Positions 38,182-47,294 of a DNA stretch of 64,000 bases are shown in pieces. The first letter of the stretch is position 1; each line of letters starts with the position of its first letter. Position numbers and translations under genes: made by a program. Below the pieces are notes generated by a model, which was not told where the DNA came from, searched no databases, and saw only the letters and a list, made by a program, of their open reading frames with translations. The stretch comes from Candidatus Thorarchaeota archaeon. GTDB lineage: Archaea; Asgardarchaeota; Thorarchaeia; Thorarchaeales; Thorarchaeaceae. The stretch lies in the NCBI GenBank assembly GCA_963726195.1, contig CAVSBO010000015.1:65275-129274 (forward strand). Reading direction: 5' to 3'.

Positions 38182-39802
38182 GTGTGTAGCTCCTTAAGTA
38201 CACCTTGCCACATAATCCCCGCGAGGTCAAGTGCCTTGCCAAAGAAGCATACAGAGGCTGAATCATCGCCTTACGGCGATGTGGACCTAGGCATCGCAGA
38301 ACTCATTCGTCTGACCGGGATGCGAGAGTCAGCGCTGGTCGCCGCCCGCAAGAAGCAGGATGAATCTTGGAAGAAAATCAATGAAACAGTCTCGGAACAC
38401 AAGCGCATCGTTGCTATTGGTGGCCGGCACACACGCCAGAAGGCAATTCAAGATCCTGTCCATGGCGCAATCATCCTTGATCCCTGGGAACTAGACTTGG
38501 TATCAAGTTGGGAGATGCTGAGGCTTCGCTACATCAAGCAGCTCGGCCCTGCCTGTATAGTCTATCCCGGAGCGACCCACACGCGATTTGAACACTGCCT
38601 TGGCACAAACTTCCTAACGCAGAAGTGCATTAGAGTCGTCAATTACTGTGAAGACCTTGCCGATGCGTGCTTCAAGCCTCTTTCCGAATTGCTGGATGAC
38701 CATCAGCAGAAAATCTTCAGAGCTGCCGCTTTGCTACATGATGTCGGTCATCCACCGACATCGCACACGATTGAATTCCCGCTAAGAAGCTGGACCGGAC
38801 TCAGTCATGTTGACCTCGGTGAGATTCTCATCATGCGTAGCGGTCTCACTGACATTCTTGAGCAAAGCGGTATCGAGCCAAAAGCTGTCGTCGATGTTCT
38901 CATGCGTCGGTCGACGGACCCGGTGCTTAGCCTTCTTTCAGATTTCCTAGACTCGCCACTCGACCTCGACAAGACCGACTACCTGATTCGTGATGCGCAT
39001 TTCAGCGGTGTTCAGCTGGGCATCTTTCCTGCCGAACGGGTCATGCTCACCAACCGCGTAGTCCGTGACTCGGAAGGCAGGTACGTGCGGGCATTCATGT
39101 TGAAGGCGCTGCATTCACTTGAGGCACTGATTCTGAGTCGAAATTGGATGTTCTCAGATCTCTACCTGCACCATGCCGTGCGAGTCGCAGAAGCGCTTAC
39201 CTCCAAAGCCACATACTTCAGGATGAAGGAGGAGCAACTCTCCAAGAACGAGTGCATTGGAATGTTCACGAGAATGACTGATTCCGACCTTTACCAATGG
39301 CTCGGCGAGTCTGAGACCAACTTTGTTCGCGAATACGTAGCCAGAATCAGGTATCGGCGATTGTTCAAGGTGGCTGTGTCGAGAACCGATTGCCGCCCTT
39401 GAACCGGATGCCCGGAAGCGCGTACTGGACATGGCTTCTGACATTGATCGCCTGCTCCAAGCTGAGACCACGCTCGATGAGAATCCCGGAAAAGTAATCA
39501 TTGACGTGCTCAACCCTGAACTGGGGTTCCGGTTCCTATCGACCATTCCTCTCCTAATTGGGAAAGAGGACTCGAGCCTAGAGATAGTCAGTCTAAGAGA
39601 CACCTACGAAGGGAGACCTCTCGTGCAGGCACTGAGTCAGCAGAGATTTACCATTCCGTCAGTACGAGTCTATTGTGACCCTGAAATCGCTCCTGGCGTC
39701 CGACGGCGTTTCGATAGAGAGTTCCCGACCGCGCCACGGGCAAAAGACACAGAAGATGATTCTCAACGAACTCGCAAGCCCTACCATCATCACGAATCAT
39801 GA
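38182..39802 (+). CDS. HD-domain phosphohydrolase (SAMHD1/dGTPase-like), reading frame broken near 39370-39390
   Basis: IQDPVHGAIILDPWELDLVSSWEMLRLRYIKQLG...THTRFEHCLGT...LLHDVGHPPTSH...DKTDYLIRDAHFSGV are present. The C-terminal 123-aa ORF (39431-39802) reads back as REPIAALEPDARKRVLDMASD, joining the first ORF. Confidence 0.7.
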
Positions 39803-40507
39803 GTCATGCGTCGAGTTGTCATGCTCCTCAAGATGAAAGATGAGTCGCTTCACCTCATCCAAGCCCTGTTCAATGTACACGATTCCATAGACGGCCTCCA
39901 GAAGTGTGCCCTTTGTGTGGCTTATCTCGGACTTTGTGGGAGTTGGAGGATCGAAATGAATGCGATACTCGTAGAGCCCCCATTGATCACACAACCATGA
40001 TAGGTGTTCGTTGCTAACGAGCTCGGCTCGAGATTGGGTCAGCAGCCCTGCATCGGCAAGCCTCGGACGCCACAGATGATGAAGGACTGCCATTGAGATT
40101 GCCGCGTCTCCTACCAAGGCCAGAACTCTGGCCATATCACTCAACGATTTCAGGTTCACGAAAAGGCCCGAACTGAGAGGTCCGTCTTGGTTCGCGAAAT
40201 GCGTTTCAAGTTCAAGAAAGAGGCTCCTCGTGCTGGGCTGAAACATAGCTATTGAGAGAAGTTCAGTCTCTTCAAAGCGCAGTCCTAGAATGGATGAGAT
40301 CTTTGGCTCCAAGATGGTGTGAATCTGCGAGACCGCAGCAATGACGGTCTCAAGCTGCTGTCTCCAACGCTCAAGCTTGCCAAATAGCCGTGCGTTCAGG
40401 CGAGAAGTGTTGGCTTCGCCGGACTTCACGACTGCAAGTAGCGACTTCAGCTTGTCTTCAACGCCTACATGGTCCCAGTGCAGCTCCGTCCCGGTCACGG
40501 CTCTCAT
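39797..40507 (-). CDS. RNase III-domain protein without dsRBD, partly degenerate catalytic signature
   Basis: ILGLRFEETELLSIAMFQPS resembles the RNase III N-terminal LGYxFxxxxLLxxALTHxS. RVLALVGDAAISMAVLHHLW occupies the ERLEFLGD position. GTLLEAVYGIVYIEQG occupies the DxFEAxxGAIYLD position. Confidence 0.45.
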   Translation of the reverse strand: MRAVTGTELHWDHVGVEDKLKSLLAVVKSGEANTSRLNARLFGKLERWRQQLETVIAAVSQIHTILEPKISSILGLRFEETELLSIAMFQPSTRSLFLELETHFANQDGPLSSGLFVNLKSLSDMARVLALVGDAAISMAVLHHLWRPRLADAGLLTQSRAELVSNEHLSWLCDQWGLYEYRIHFDPPTPTKSEISHTKGTLLEAVYGIVYIEQGLDEVKRLIFHLEEHDNSTHDS

Positions 40508-41301
40508 ATCATGCCCTCTCCAGGGACTATGTGGGTTACCGCGGTTCTCTCTCCCTCATGACGCTGTATGTAGATGGCAGTAAGCGAGTACTGCATGGCG
40601 ATAAGGCACAATGCAAGCAGGATTACAGAAGGGCCCGTGGAAAGGTTCACTATGGGCTCAGACTCCGGCAATGCCTCGAGGACGACCTTCTCAATATGTG
40701 CGTAGGTCGCCATCAGATCTCCTCTTATTCGGGTTTCTTCGTAGCCCGCCACTTTTGTTGGCATCTCGTGCCAAATAGTTTGCCACTTCTTTGTGACTCC
40801 CTCAGGGACGTATCTATCGATGTTCTTGCTGACGCCTCTCGCGAACCGCTCCTGTTCGACAACGAGTCGGAGGAACTTGAAATTGAAGGTCATTTCCTTG
40901 GCAAACCACATCATTAGCGGTCGCGCCTCTTCAGGCTGACTAATAGACGTGATTAGAGTGCCCGGCCTCGAAATCCCGAGGGCCCTTCTGACAGACTGAA
41001 TTGCTCTAGGGTGCAGTTCGTATATTCTCTGTTGGGAATCTTTTCTGCTTACGATTATTCCAAGGTCCTCGAGATGCTTTGTGTTGAAGTAGAGCTTGGG
41101 ATCGGTCACCCTGAAATCATCGGGCTTTACGTTCTTCATGCCAGCTTGAACTGCCTCGGTCATCATGTTCTTCCTGATACTCTCTCGGAGCTCCGCTCCT
41201 GTCTTTGAGCCGCCTTCGAGCTGGTCCAGTATTATACGACGAACAGCAACGCTCTCCACTTCCGTCTTGACGAGCGTGTCGATGTGGTTTTGGAACATCA
41301 T
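40504..41301 (-). CDS. Winged-helix (ArsR-like) protein with C-terminal Rossmann-like, possibly CARF-like, domain
   Basis: The N-terminal wHTH reads RRIILDQLEGGSKTGAELRESI...HLEDLGIIVSRKDSQQRIYELHP. The C-terminal half has alternating strand/helix segments (PGTLITSISQPEEARPLMMWF...PIVNLSTGPSVILLALCLIA). A 4-nt ATGA overlap links it to the RNase III-like gene. Confidence 0.4.
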   Translation of the reverse strand: MMFQNHIDTLVKTEVESVAVRRIILDQLEGGSKTGAELRESIRKNMMTEAVQAGMKNVKPDDFRVTDPKLYFNTKHLEDLGIIVSRKDSQQRIYELHPRAIQSVRRALGISRPGTLITSISQPEEARPLMMWFAKEMTFNFKFLRLVVEQERFARGVSKNIDRYVPEGVTKKWQTIWHEMPTKVAGYEETRIRGDLMATYAHIEKVVLEALPESEPIVNLSTGPSVILLALCLIAMQYSLTAIYIQRHEGERTAVTHIVPGEGMI

Positions 41302-41623
41302 ATCTGTTCACGACTTAGATAACAGTTGATTGCTTAGCAGAACGGTTGCATATATGAATCATGTATAGTCCACCCTACGGCGAGGCGGCGCCATCTACGG
41401 CGCCTAGGGCATGTGATTTCGCAACCCCAAGAATCCAACAAGGCATATATGACCTATATGGGTCATGTTGTTCTATGCCCATTTCGCTGCTTTTGGGAGA
41501 TTCGTCCACGTTCGACTTATATTCCCCGGTCGGACTCTTCCTATCAATTAGGGTTCTAGTAGGATGCTTCATGCATTCTGAATCTTAACACTTGAAAACA
41601 GAAAACAAGAGGACCGACATAAA

Positions 41624-42763
41624 ATGGCTGAAGACGAATTCCTGGGCGCAAAGCCAGTTGTCATTGACAATGGCACTGGCCTTAGCAAGAACGGGTACGC
41701 AGGTGAGGACCAACCACGAAGTGTCTGGCCGACGCTGATTGGCTATCCACGATACGAGTCAATCATGACCGATGTAGATCACTACACTCGTGACTACTAC
41801 ATCGGTGAGGAGGCCATCAACCTACGAGGTGTCTTGCGTCTTGTGTATCCCATTACTCATGGAGTAATTGATGACTGGGACGCTATTGAGAAGATTTGGT
41901 CTTACACATTCTACAACGACCTCAAAGTTGACCCGAGCGAGAATCCTGTGCTTCTTACTGAAGCTCCATTCAATCCGCGAGAGAACAGAGAGCGAATGGC
42001 ATCAGTGATGTTCGAGAACTTTGGAGTCCCAGCCGTCTATGTAGCGACGCAAGCAGTGCTGTCACTGTACGCGTCCGGAAGAACAACGGGTCTAGTCATT
42101 GACTCGGGTGACGGTGTAACTCACATAGTCCCGATTTACGAGGGCTTCGCGATTACACACGCTATCCGAAGAATCGACTTGGCTGGACGTGACGTCACAG
42201 AGTATCTGCGTAGGCTGCTCAGACAGAGGGGTTACTCCTTCGTGAGCGGTGCTGAGAAAGAGATCGTTAGGGACATCAAGGAGAAGCTCTGCTATGTCGC
42301 CCTCGATCCTGAGAGGGAAAGAACAGTGGCTGACAAGGCAGGTGTCGACAAGCCCTACATGCTGCCAGACGGCGAGGTAATTACCGTTGGCGCTGAGAGG
42401 TTCCAGGCACCGGAGCTGTACTTCAACCCGAGCGCGATAGGCCTTGACACTTCACCTCTCGACGACCACATTGTCGAGTCAATCAAGGCATGTGATGTGG
42501 ACCTGAGACGTGACCTATACGCGAACATTGTCCTATCTGGTGGTTCAACCATGTTCCCAGGACTGAAGGAGAGACTCCACAAGGAGATCACCGAACTAGT
42601 CCCGGAGAACATTGAGGTCAGAATCATCGCTCCTCCTGAGAGACAGTACTCAGTCTGGATTGGTGGAAGCATCCTTGCTTCACTGAAGACCTTCCAGAAG
42701 ATGTGGGTCTCGAAGAAGGAGTTCGAGGAGTCAGGCCCCGAAGTCATTCACCGCTGTATCTAA
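41624..42763 (+). CDS. Actin, eukaryote-like (Asgard 'lokiactin'-type)
   Basis: The 379-aa product is collinear with eukaryotic actin: [132 protein letters not shown]. Confidence 0.95.
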   Translation: MAEDEFLGAKPVVIDNGTGLSKNGYAGEDQPRSVWPTLIGYPRYESIMTDVDHYTRDYYIGEEAINLRGVLRLVYPITHGVIDDWDAIEKIWSYTFYNDLKVDPSENPVLLTEAPFNPRENRERMASVMFENFGVPAVYVATQAVLSLYASGRTTGLVIDSGDGVTHIVPIYEGFAITHAIRRIDLAGRDVTEYLRRLLRQRGYSFVSGAEKEIVRDIKEKLCYVALDPERERTVADKAGVDKPYMLPDGEVITVGAERFQAPELYFNPSAIGLDTSPLDDHIVESIKACDVDLRRDLYANIVLSGGSTMFPGLKERLHKEITELVPENIEVRIIAPPERQYSVWIGGSILASLKTFQKMWVSKKEFEESGPEVIHRCI

Positions 42764-42889
42764 ACGCGACAGTTTCCGAAGGAGTGGCTGCGATGCCCTC
42801 CTTCAGACTCATTTTTCTCATGCCCTGAATCCTGACTGGATGACATCCAACCACAAGCGACCTGCTGGTTCTTTCTGCAGGCAATTCCG

Positions 42890-44467
42890 GTGCTTTTACA
42901 GTATTTCTTATTAGAAGCACTTGGCGGATGTCAGAGTCCTGACTCTTGCGAAGCCCCTACGACGAATCTTCCCTTCTCGACGCTTCAGCGAGTCCGCGCA
43001 AAGGACAGGGACACTCAAGCAATGAACGAGATTTCAAGAAACCATCGCTTGGCTTTGACACTCTCTCCTCTCTGGAGGATTCTTGCGTCACGCTTGGCGG
43101 TCAAGTGTGAGAAATGCGGACAAGAGAGATTGCTGTCGGTTTTCCAGTTCTACTCGAAAGGTCAGCCTCCTCGCTGCCGGAGCTGCTTACTCGCCTCCGC
43201 GACTATGATGCCATTTATAGACCTGCTATTTCGGCGACTCGGAGTCCCCAAAAACACCACGAAGTCGTTGCTTGGGGATGCGATAACTCGCAAGTCCATG
43301 CTGAGTGTCGTGAAAGGCATTGCCAGCTTCGGAGTAAGATATCCACAGCCCGCCGGTGTGCCGATTGCCATTGTGTGGAACGTCACCAATAGATGCAACC
43401 TTCGCTGCATCCACTGCCATCAGGACTCATCGCCAACGTGTTCCGATTCGGAACTGACAACTGCGGAAGCATTCAAGGTCATAGACAACGTGAGCGATGC
43501 AGGGCTTGTAACACTGACGTTCTCAGGTGGAGAACCCCTAGTTCGGAAGGATTTGTATGACTTGATTGGGAGGGCTAATGACAGCGGCCTATTATGCACG
43601 ATAGCATCGAACGGCACTCTTCTGACCGCAGAGAAAGCCAGAGAACTTGCGAAGGCCGGAATCAAGCGAGTCGAAATAGGCCTAGATGGCTCGAGGCCTG
43701 AAACGCATGATTTTCTTAGAAACAAACAAGGGAGCTTCGAGGCCACCGTTGAGGCTATCCGTTGTTGCGCTGCTCAGGGCTTTGATGAGATAGCAGCGAC
43801 CATGACTCTGTACTCGAAGAATGCTGACGAATTACATGACACCATGGAGCTTGCTGAAAAGCTCGGTGCGACGAGATTCTATTTGAACAGACTCATCCCT
43901 GCAGGTCGGGGAGTGAGCGCATCCTATCTTGACGTAACTCCCAAACAGAAAGCTGACGCGCTGGAGACGTTGTATTCTAAGTTCCACAGGAGTGCAACCT
44001 GTGGTTCGGGCATACAATGCTACGCTAGAGGAATGACATACTACGCACGTCTAGGTTACGAGTGTTCGCGCGGCAGACTCTTCACGGTGAGTGAGTCTTT
44101 ATCGGGTCACGAAAGAATGTTCGAAGACAAGTTTGGCTCACAAGTCTCCAAGATTGTAAACAGGCTTGCAGAAGGCTTCGGCGGATGCTCCGCTGGATTG
44201 ACATATGCTGGGCTCACCGCCTCGGGCGATTTGACACCGTGCGTTCCGGCGTCAGAACCACTGGGTAACCTGCTCAATCAGAGCCTTGAGGACATATGGC
44301 TTCACAATCGAACTCTAAACCGCATAAGAGACCGCAAGGCATTGGGAGGTTCGTGTGGTACATGTAGTGACAATCGTATCTGTGGCGGCTGCAGATACAC
44401 TGCATACGTAGCAACGGGTGACTGGCTGGGATCTGATGTGTCTTGCCCGTGGGGACCAGCATGGTAA
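42890..44467 (+). CDS. Radical SAM / SPASM-domain protein with N-terminal zinc-ribbon extension
   Basis: VTNRCNLRCIHC is the CxxxCxxC motif. The C-terminal Cys cluster (GGCSAG...CVP...CGTCSDNRICGGCR) is SPASM-like. The N-terminus has CEKCG...CRSC. The start is more likely ATG 43022 (MNEISRNH). Confidence 0.75.
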   Translation: MLLQYFLLEALGGCQSPDSCEAPTTNLPFSTLQRVRAKDRDTQAMNEISRNHRLALTLSPLWRILASRLAVKCEKCGQERLLSVFQFYSKGQPPRCRSCLLASATMMPFIDLLFRRLGVPKNTTKSLLGDAITRKSMLSVVKGIASFGVRYPQPAGVPIAIVWNVTNRCNLRCIHCHQDSSPTCSDSELTTAEAFKVIDNVSDAGLVTLTFSGGEPLVRKDLYDLIGRANDSGLLCTIASNGTLLTAEKARELAKAGIKRVEIGLDGSRPETHDFLRNKQGSFEATVEAIRCCAAQGFDEIAATMTLYSKNADELHDTMELAEKLGATRFYLNRLIPAGRGVSASYLDVTPKQKADALETLYSKFHRSATCGSGIQCYARGMTYYARLGYECSRGRLFTVSESLSGHERMFEDKFGSQVSKIVNRLAEGFGGCSAGLTYAGLTASGDLTPCVPASEPLGNLLNQSLEDIWLHNRTLNRIRDRKALGGSCGTCSDNRICGGCRYTAYVATGDWLGSDVSCPWGPAW

Positions 44468-44525
44468 ACGTTGTTTTCGGATGCGACAACTTAGCGTAGG
44501 TACGCGTGCCGCTAATCGAATGTCC

Positions 44526-45473
44526 CTAGGACATCCGTTCAAGTCGTGCAGTGCTCTTACTCTGTCTTCTCTTGACACAGACAACTGCAACTGTCACAGA
44601 GGCTGCCGCCGCCAAGGCGAACGCCAAGACAGGTATGTCCGGAACTGGGTTGATCCGGGGTCCGACTGTCTGAATGGTATAACCAACTGGCAGTTCGTTG
44701 ACGACGTGAACTGTTACGCTGTCTGAGCTACTTGTCCATCCTGCAGAAACAGACAAAGCAAACACATGGTCTCCGAGCGAGAGGCCATCCACACTGATTG
44801 TCAACGACCCAGTCCATGACCAAGACTCGATGAGATAACCGTCTTCATAGAGCATATAATGGTTCGGACCTCCACGCCCGATTTCCCATGTAACAGTGTG
44901 GCCAGTGGTTCCTGTTAGGTACCACAGATCGGGTGTATCATAAAGCTCTATTGGCACGCCATCTTCGACGTAACCACCGAAGAGTATCTGGTAAGTACAG
45001 GTATCCGTGACTGCCCAGTCGTTTAGCAAATCCTTTGCAGCATATTTGACTTGGTATGTATATCCCTGAAAACCTGTGATGGGCGTCTCACTCAAATTGG
45101 CTGGAAAGAGAAGGAAGCATCTAAACCAGCTGGCGTTCGAAGTATCTTCAGTCATCGATAGGTTCTGCCAAGGGCCTTCCGCGTATGAATACATCATGAG
45201 TACCGTGTCGACTCCGTTCGGGTCCTGTACAAGCACCTGCAAAGAGAGATTGAATTCAAATTCCCAATAAACTTGGTAGTAGTACTTCCTAAGGTAGTAT
45301 CGCATGGAAGGGCCAGTGATATCTATTGACTTCGTCTGATTTTCGTTGTACATGATACTGGGTTTGGGCACGGCTACCGGAGAGGCTTGATTACCCAAGC
45401 AGAGAAGGTCTACACCCACGATCAGTATCAGCAAAGATACTACTAAACCCTGCCTCCAATCGATAATTTTCAA
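44526..45473 (-). CDS. Hypothetical surface protein (N-terminal signal/TM, C-terminal TM anchor, several N-x-S/T sequons)
   Basis: The N-terminus is MKIIDWRQGLVVSLLILIVGVDLLCLG. The C-terminal anchor is PVLAFALAAAASVTVAVVCVKRRQ. The body is beta-rich. I recognised no family. Confidence 0.45.
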   Translation of the reverse strand: MKIIDWRQGLVVSLLILIVGVDLLCLGNQASPVAVPKPSIMYNENQTKSIDITGPSMRYYLRKYYYQVYWEFEFNLSLQVLVQDPNGVDTVLMMYSYAEGPWQNLSMTEDTSNASWFRCFLLFPANLSETPITGFQGYTYQVKYAAKDLLNDWAVTDTCTYQILFGGYVEDGVPIELYDTPDLWYLTGTTGHTVTWEIGRGGPNHYMLYEDGYLIESWSWTGSLTISVDGLSLGDHVFALSVSAGWTSSSDSVTVHVVNELPVGYTIQTVGPRINPVPDIPVLAFALAAAASVTVAVVCVKRRQSKSTARLERMS

Positions 45474-45940
45474 TGCCTCGAGATGCCATATCAGCCGCCT
45501 GAGATAAACGCTTTCATGCCCCGAACTCTTTGGTCAGAGAAGTAACTCTTTTCTTGTGAACTGTAACTGTCAGACTTGCGTTAATGGTTTGCCTGAAGTG
45601 CCGTACAGACGCCATGACCAGACCTCTCTCTGACTACTCACATAGCAGTTGAAAGTGCGATCCGTGTGCGGCACGCAGACGACTCAACGAATCAATCAGC
45701 GTTTCCTCTTTGTCTCCAACAAGAAAGACCGATTGTATTTACAACCGTCTGTCTCTTGTTTGCACCCAGCCTCGAACAAACGACATAGGTTTGCGGCCTC
45801 CCCTCGGTACGACTCGCGAACGATGATATTCTGTAGGCGCAGTTCATGCAGCTCTTTGGCAAAACCACATTCTAGGCCTCCTCGATTAGTCAATAACACG
45901 ACATCGCTGCTATGTCTTTCTCCCGATTAAAGGGTCCTGC

Positions 45941-46711
45941 CTAGGTAGGGGACAACAGAAAAGGCAGTATCGAATATCCGCTGAACAAGACTGGAGCAAA
46001 GTCGAGTAAGAAATGAATACTGGCAATTGGCCACATGCTCTTGGTCTGTCTGTAGAGAAACACATAGCCGATGGGTATCATGAATTGAATCGGGAAGAAG
46101 ATTTCCGTCCAGAAGAAAGCGTATGTGCTTCCGAGCAAGAACTTGCCCCAGAAGAAGGCATGAACGAGACCAATCAAAGAAAGATACAACAGCGTCCCGA
46201 TGGCAATCATTGCTGTTCTCTTTCTGCCAGCATCGTAATAGTCTGCATATGAGTCGAATGTGTAAAGCCAGATTAGTTGTTCAGACATCGCATTCGCAGG
46301 CGCCCACAATAAGAGCGTGGCGAGCCATCCAAGTGTGTTCACTGAAGAGACTCGAATCACAGTCGCATATGATGCCATAACAAGCACAAGCTGTAGCGCG
46401 AGAACGACAAAGAAGAGAGGTGTTGCGGATCGTTTCACCTTGCGCCATATCGGTTCTCGCTCTATGCCGTAATCAAGGCGTCCCCTTCTCCATTTCACGA
46501 TCACCCAAGAAAAGATGACATAGTAAATGAACATCGGAACCAACGCCCCAATCAGACTGTAGGTGTAGCCAAGAAGCAGCGGCAGACCAAGTGCTGCGAA
46601 CAACGCAATGGCCAGATCTGCTCTCTTCGGTTGAAACGACGGTTGCCTCCCTTCTATACCGCTCAAAGTCTCACCACTGGCTGCGTCAGGTTGCTGCCTT
46701 ATAGATGTCAC
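45941..46711 (-). CDS. Polytopic membrane protein, possibly degenerate CPBP (CAAX protease)-like
   Basis: There are about 7 hydrophobic segments. SEQLIWLY, LVHAFFWG and SIHFLLDF sit roughly where the CPBP motifs EExxxR, FxxxH and HxxxD occur, but the first is not conserved. Confidence 0.35.
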   Translation of the reverse strand: MTSIRQQPDAASGETLSGIEGRQPSFQPKRADLAIALFAALGLPLLLGYTYSLIGALVPMFIYYVIFSWVIVKWRRGRLDYGIEREPIWRKVKRSATPLFFVVLALQLVLVMASYATVIRVSSVNTLGWLATLLLWAPANAMSEQLIWLYTFDSYADYYDAGRKRTAMIAIGTLLYLSLIGLVHAFFWGKFLLGSTYAFFWTEIFFPIQFMIPIGYVFLYRQTKSMWPIASIHFLLDFAPVLFSGYSILPFLLSPT

Positions 46712-47169
46712 CGTGCGGACTCGTCAGTGCACTTATATCGTGGCACCTCGCGCGAATTGCGCCAGGTGTAATCATTATGGACAGAAGCGGGTACCATCGA
46801 CTGTTGTTTGTAATTGCAGCAATCTGGAACTGGGTCTTAGCTGTGCTTTTCTTGGTGCTTCCGAGAATCAATATTGACTACTTCCTGTTGGGCGGCAGCC
46901 CAATTCCTCCAACATTACTTTGGTTCGATTGCTTCATGGGCGAAGTCTTAGCTTTCGGAATTGGTTTCTATCTCGTCAGCCTAAATCCGAAACAGAATCA
47001 CGGCCTTATTGAGATAGCCATCTTCGAGAAACTGTGGGTATTTGTCATGGGTCTCGGCTATTTTCTCATCGCACAAGCATCAGCTTTGCTACTTTCGATA
47101 GTCACTGGCGACCTTCTCTTCGGTCTACTCTTTGTTGAGGATCTCATACGAATTCGCAAGCTGCCCTGA
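46705..47169 (+). CDS. Hypothetical membrane protein
   Basis: There are four hydrophobic segments. The probable start is internal (MDRSGYHRLLFVIAAIWNW). Confidence 0.35.
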   Translation: MSPCGLVSALISWHLARIAPGVIIMDRSGYHRLLFVIAAIWNWVLAVLFLVLPRINIDYFLLGGSPIPPTLLWFDCFMGEVLAFGIGFYLVSLNPKQNHGLIEIAIFEKLWVFVMGLGYFLIAQASALLLSIVTGDLLFGLLFVEDLIRIRKLP

Positions 47170-47294
47170 TTAGTGACAAATCATTAGCCTATCACATTCG
47201 GAAAGGTTAATCATGTACGGCGGTCCCGGAACATGGTCCAAGCTCAGTTTGTGACGGGTCTCGGGCAAGACGGGACTAACTAGAGGCTTAGAAG

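Noticed and set aside
41361-41588. Two overlapping ORFs (75 aa plus strand, 65 aa minus strand) in the actin upstream region considered as small genes.
   Set aside because: They overlap each other antisense, lack recognisable motifs or plausible starts with upstream signals, and sit in a region better explained as a divergent promoter/leader.
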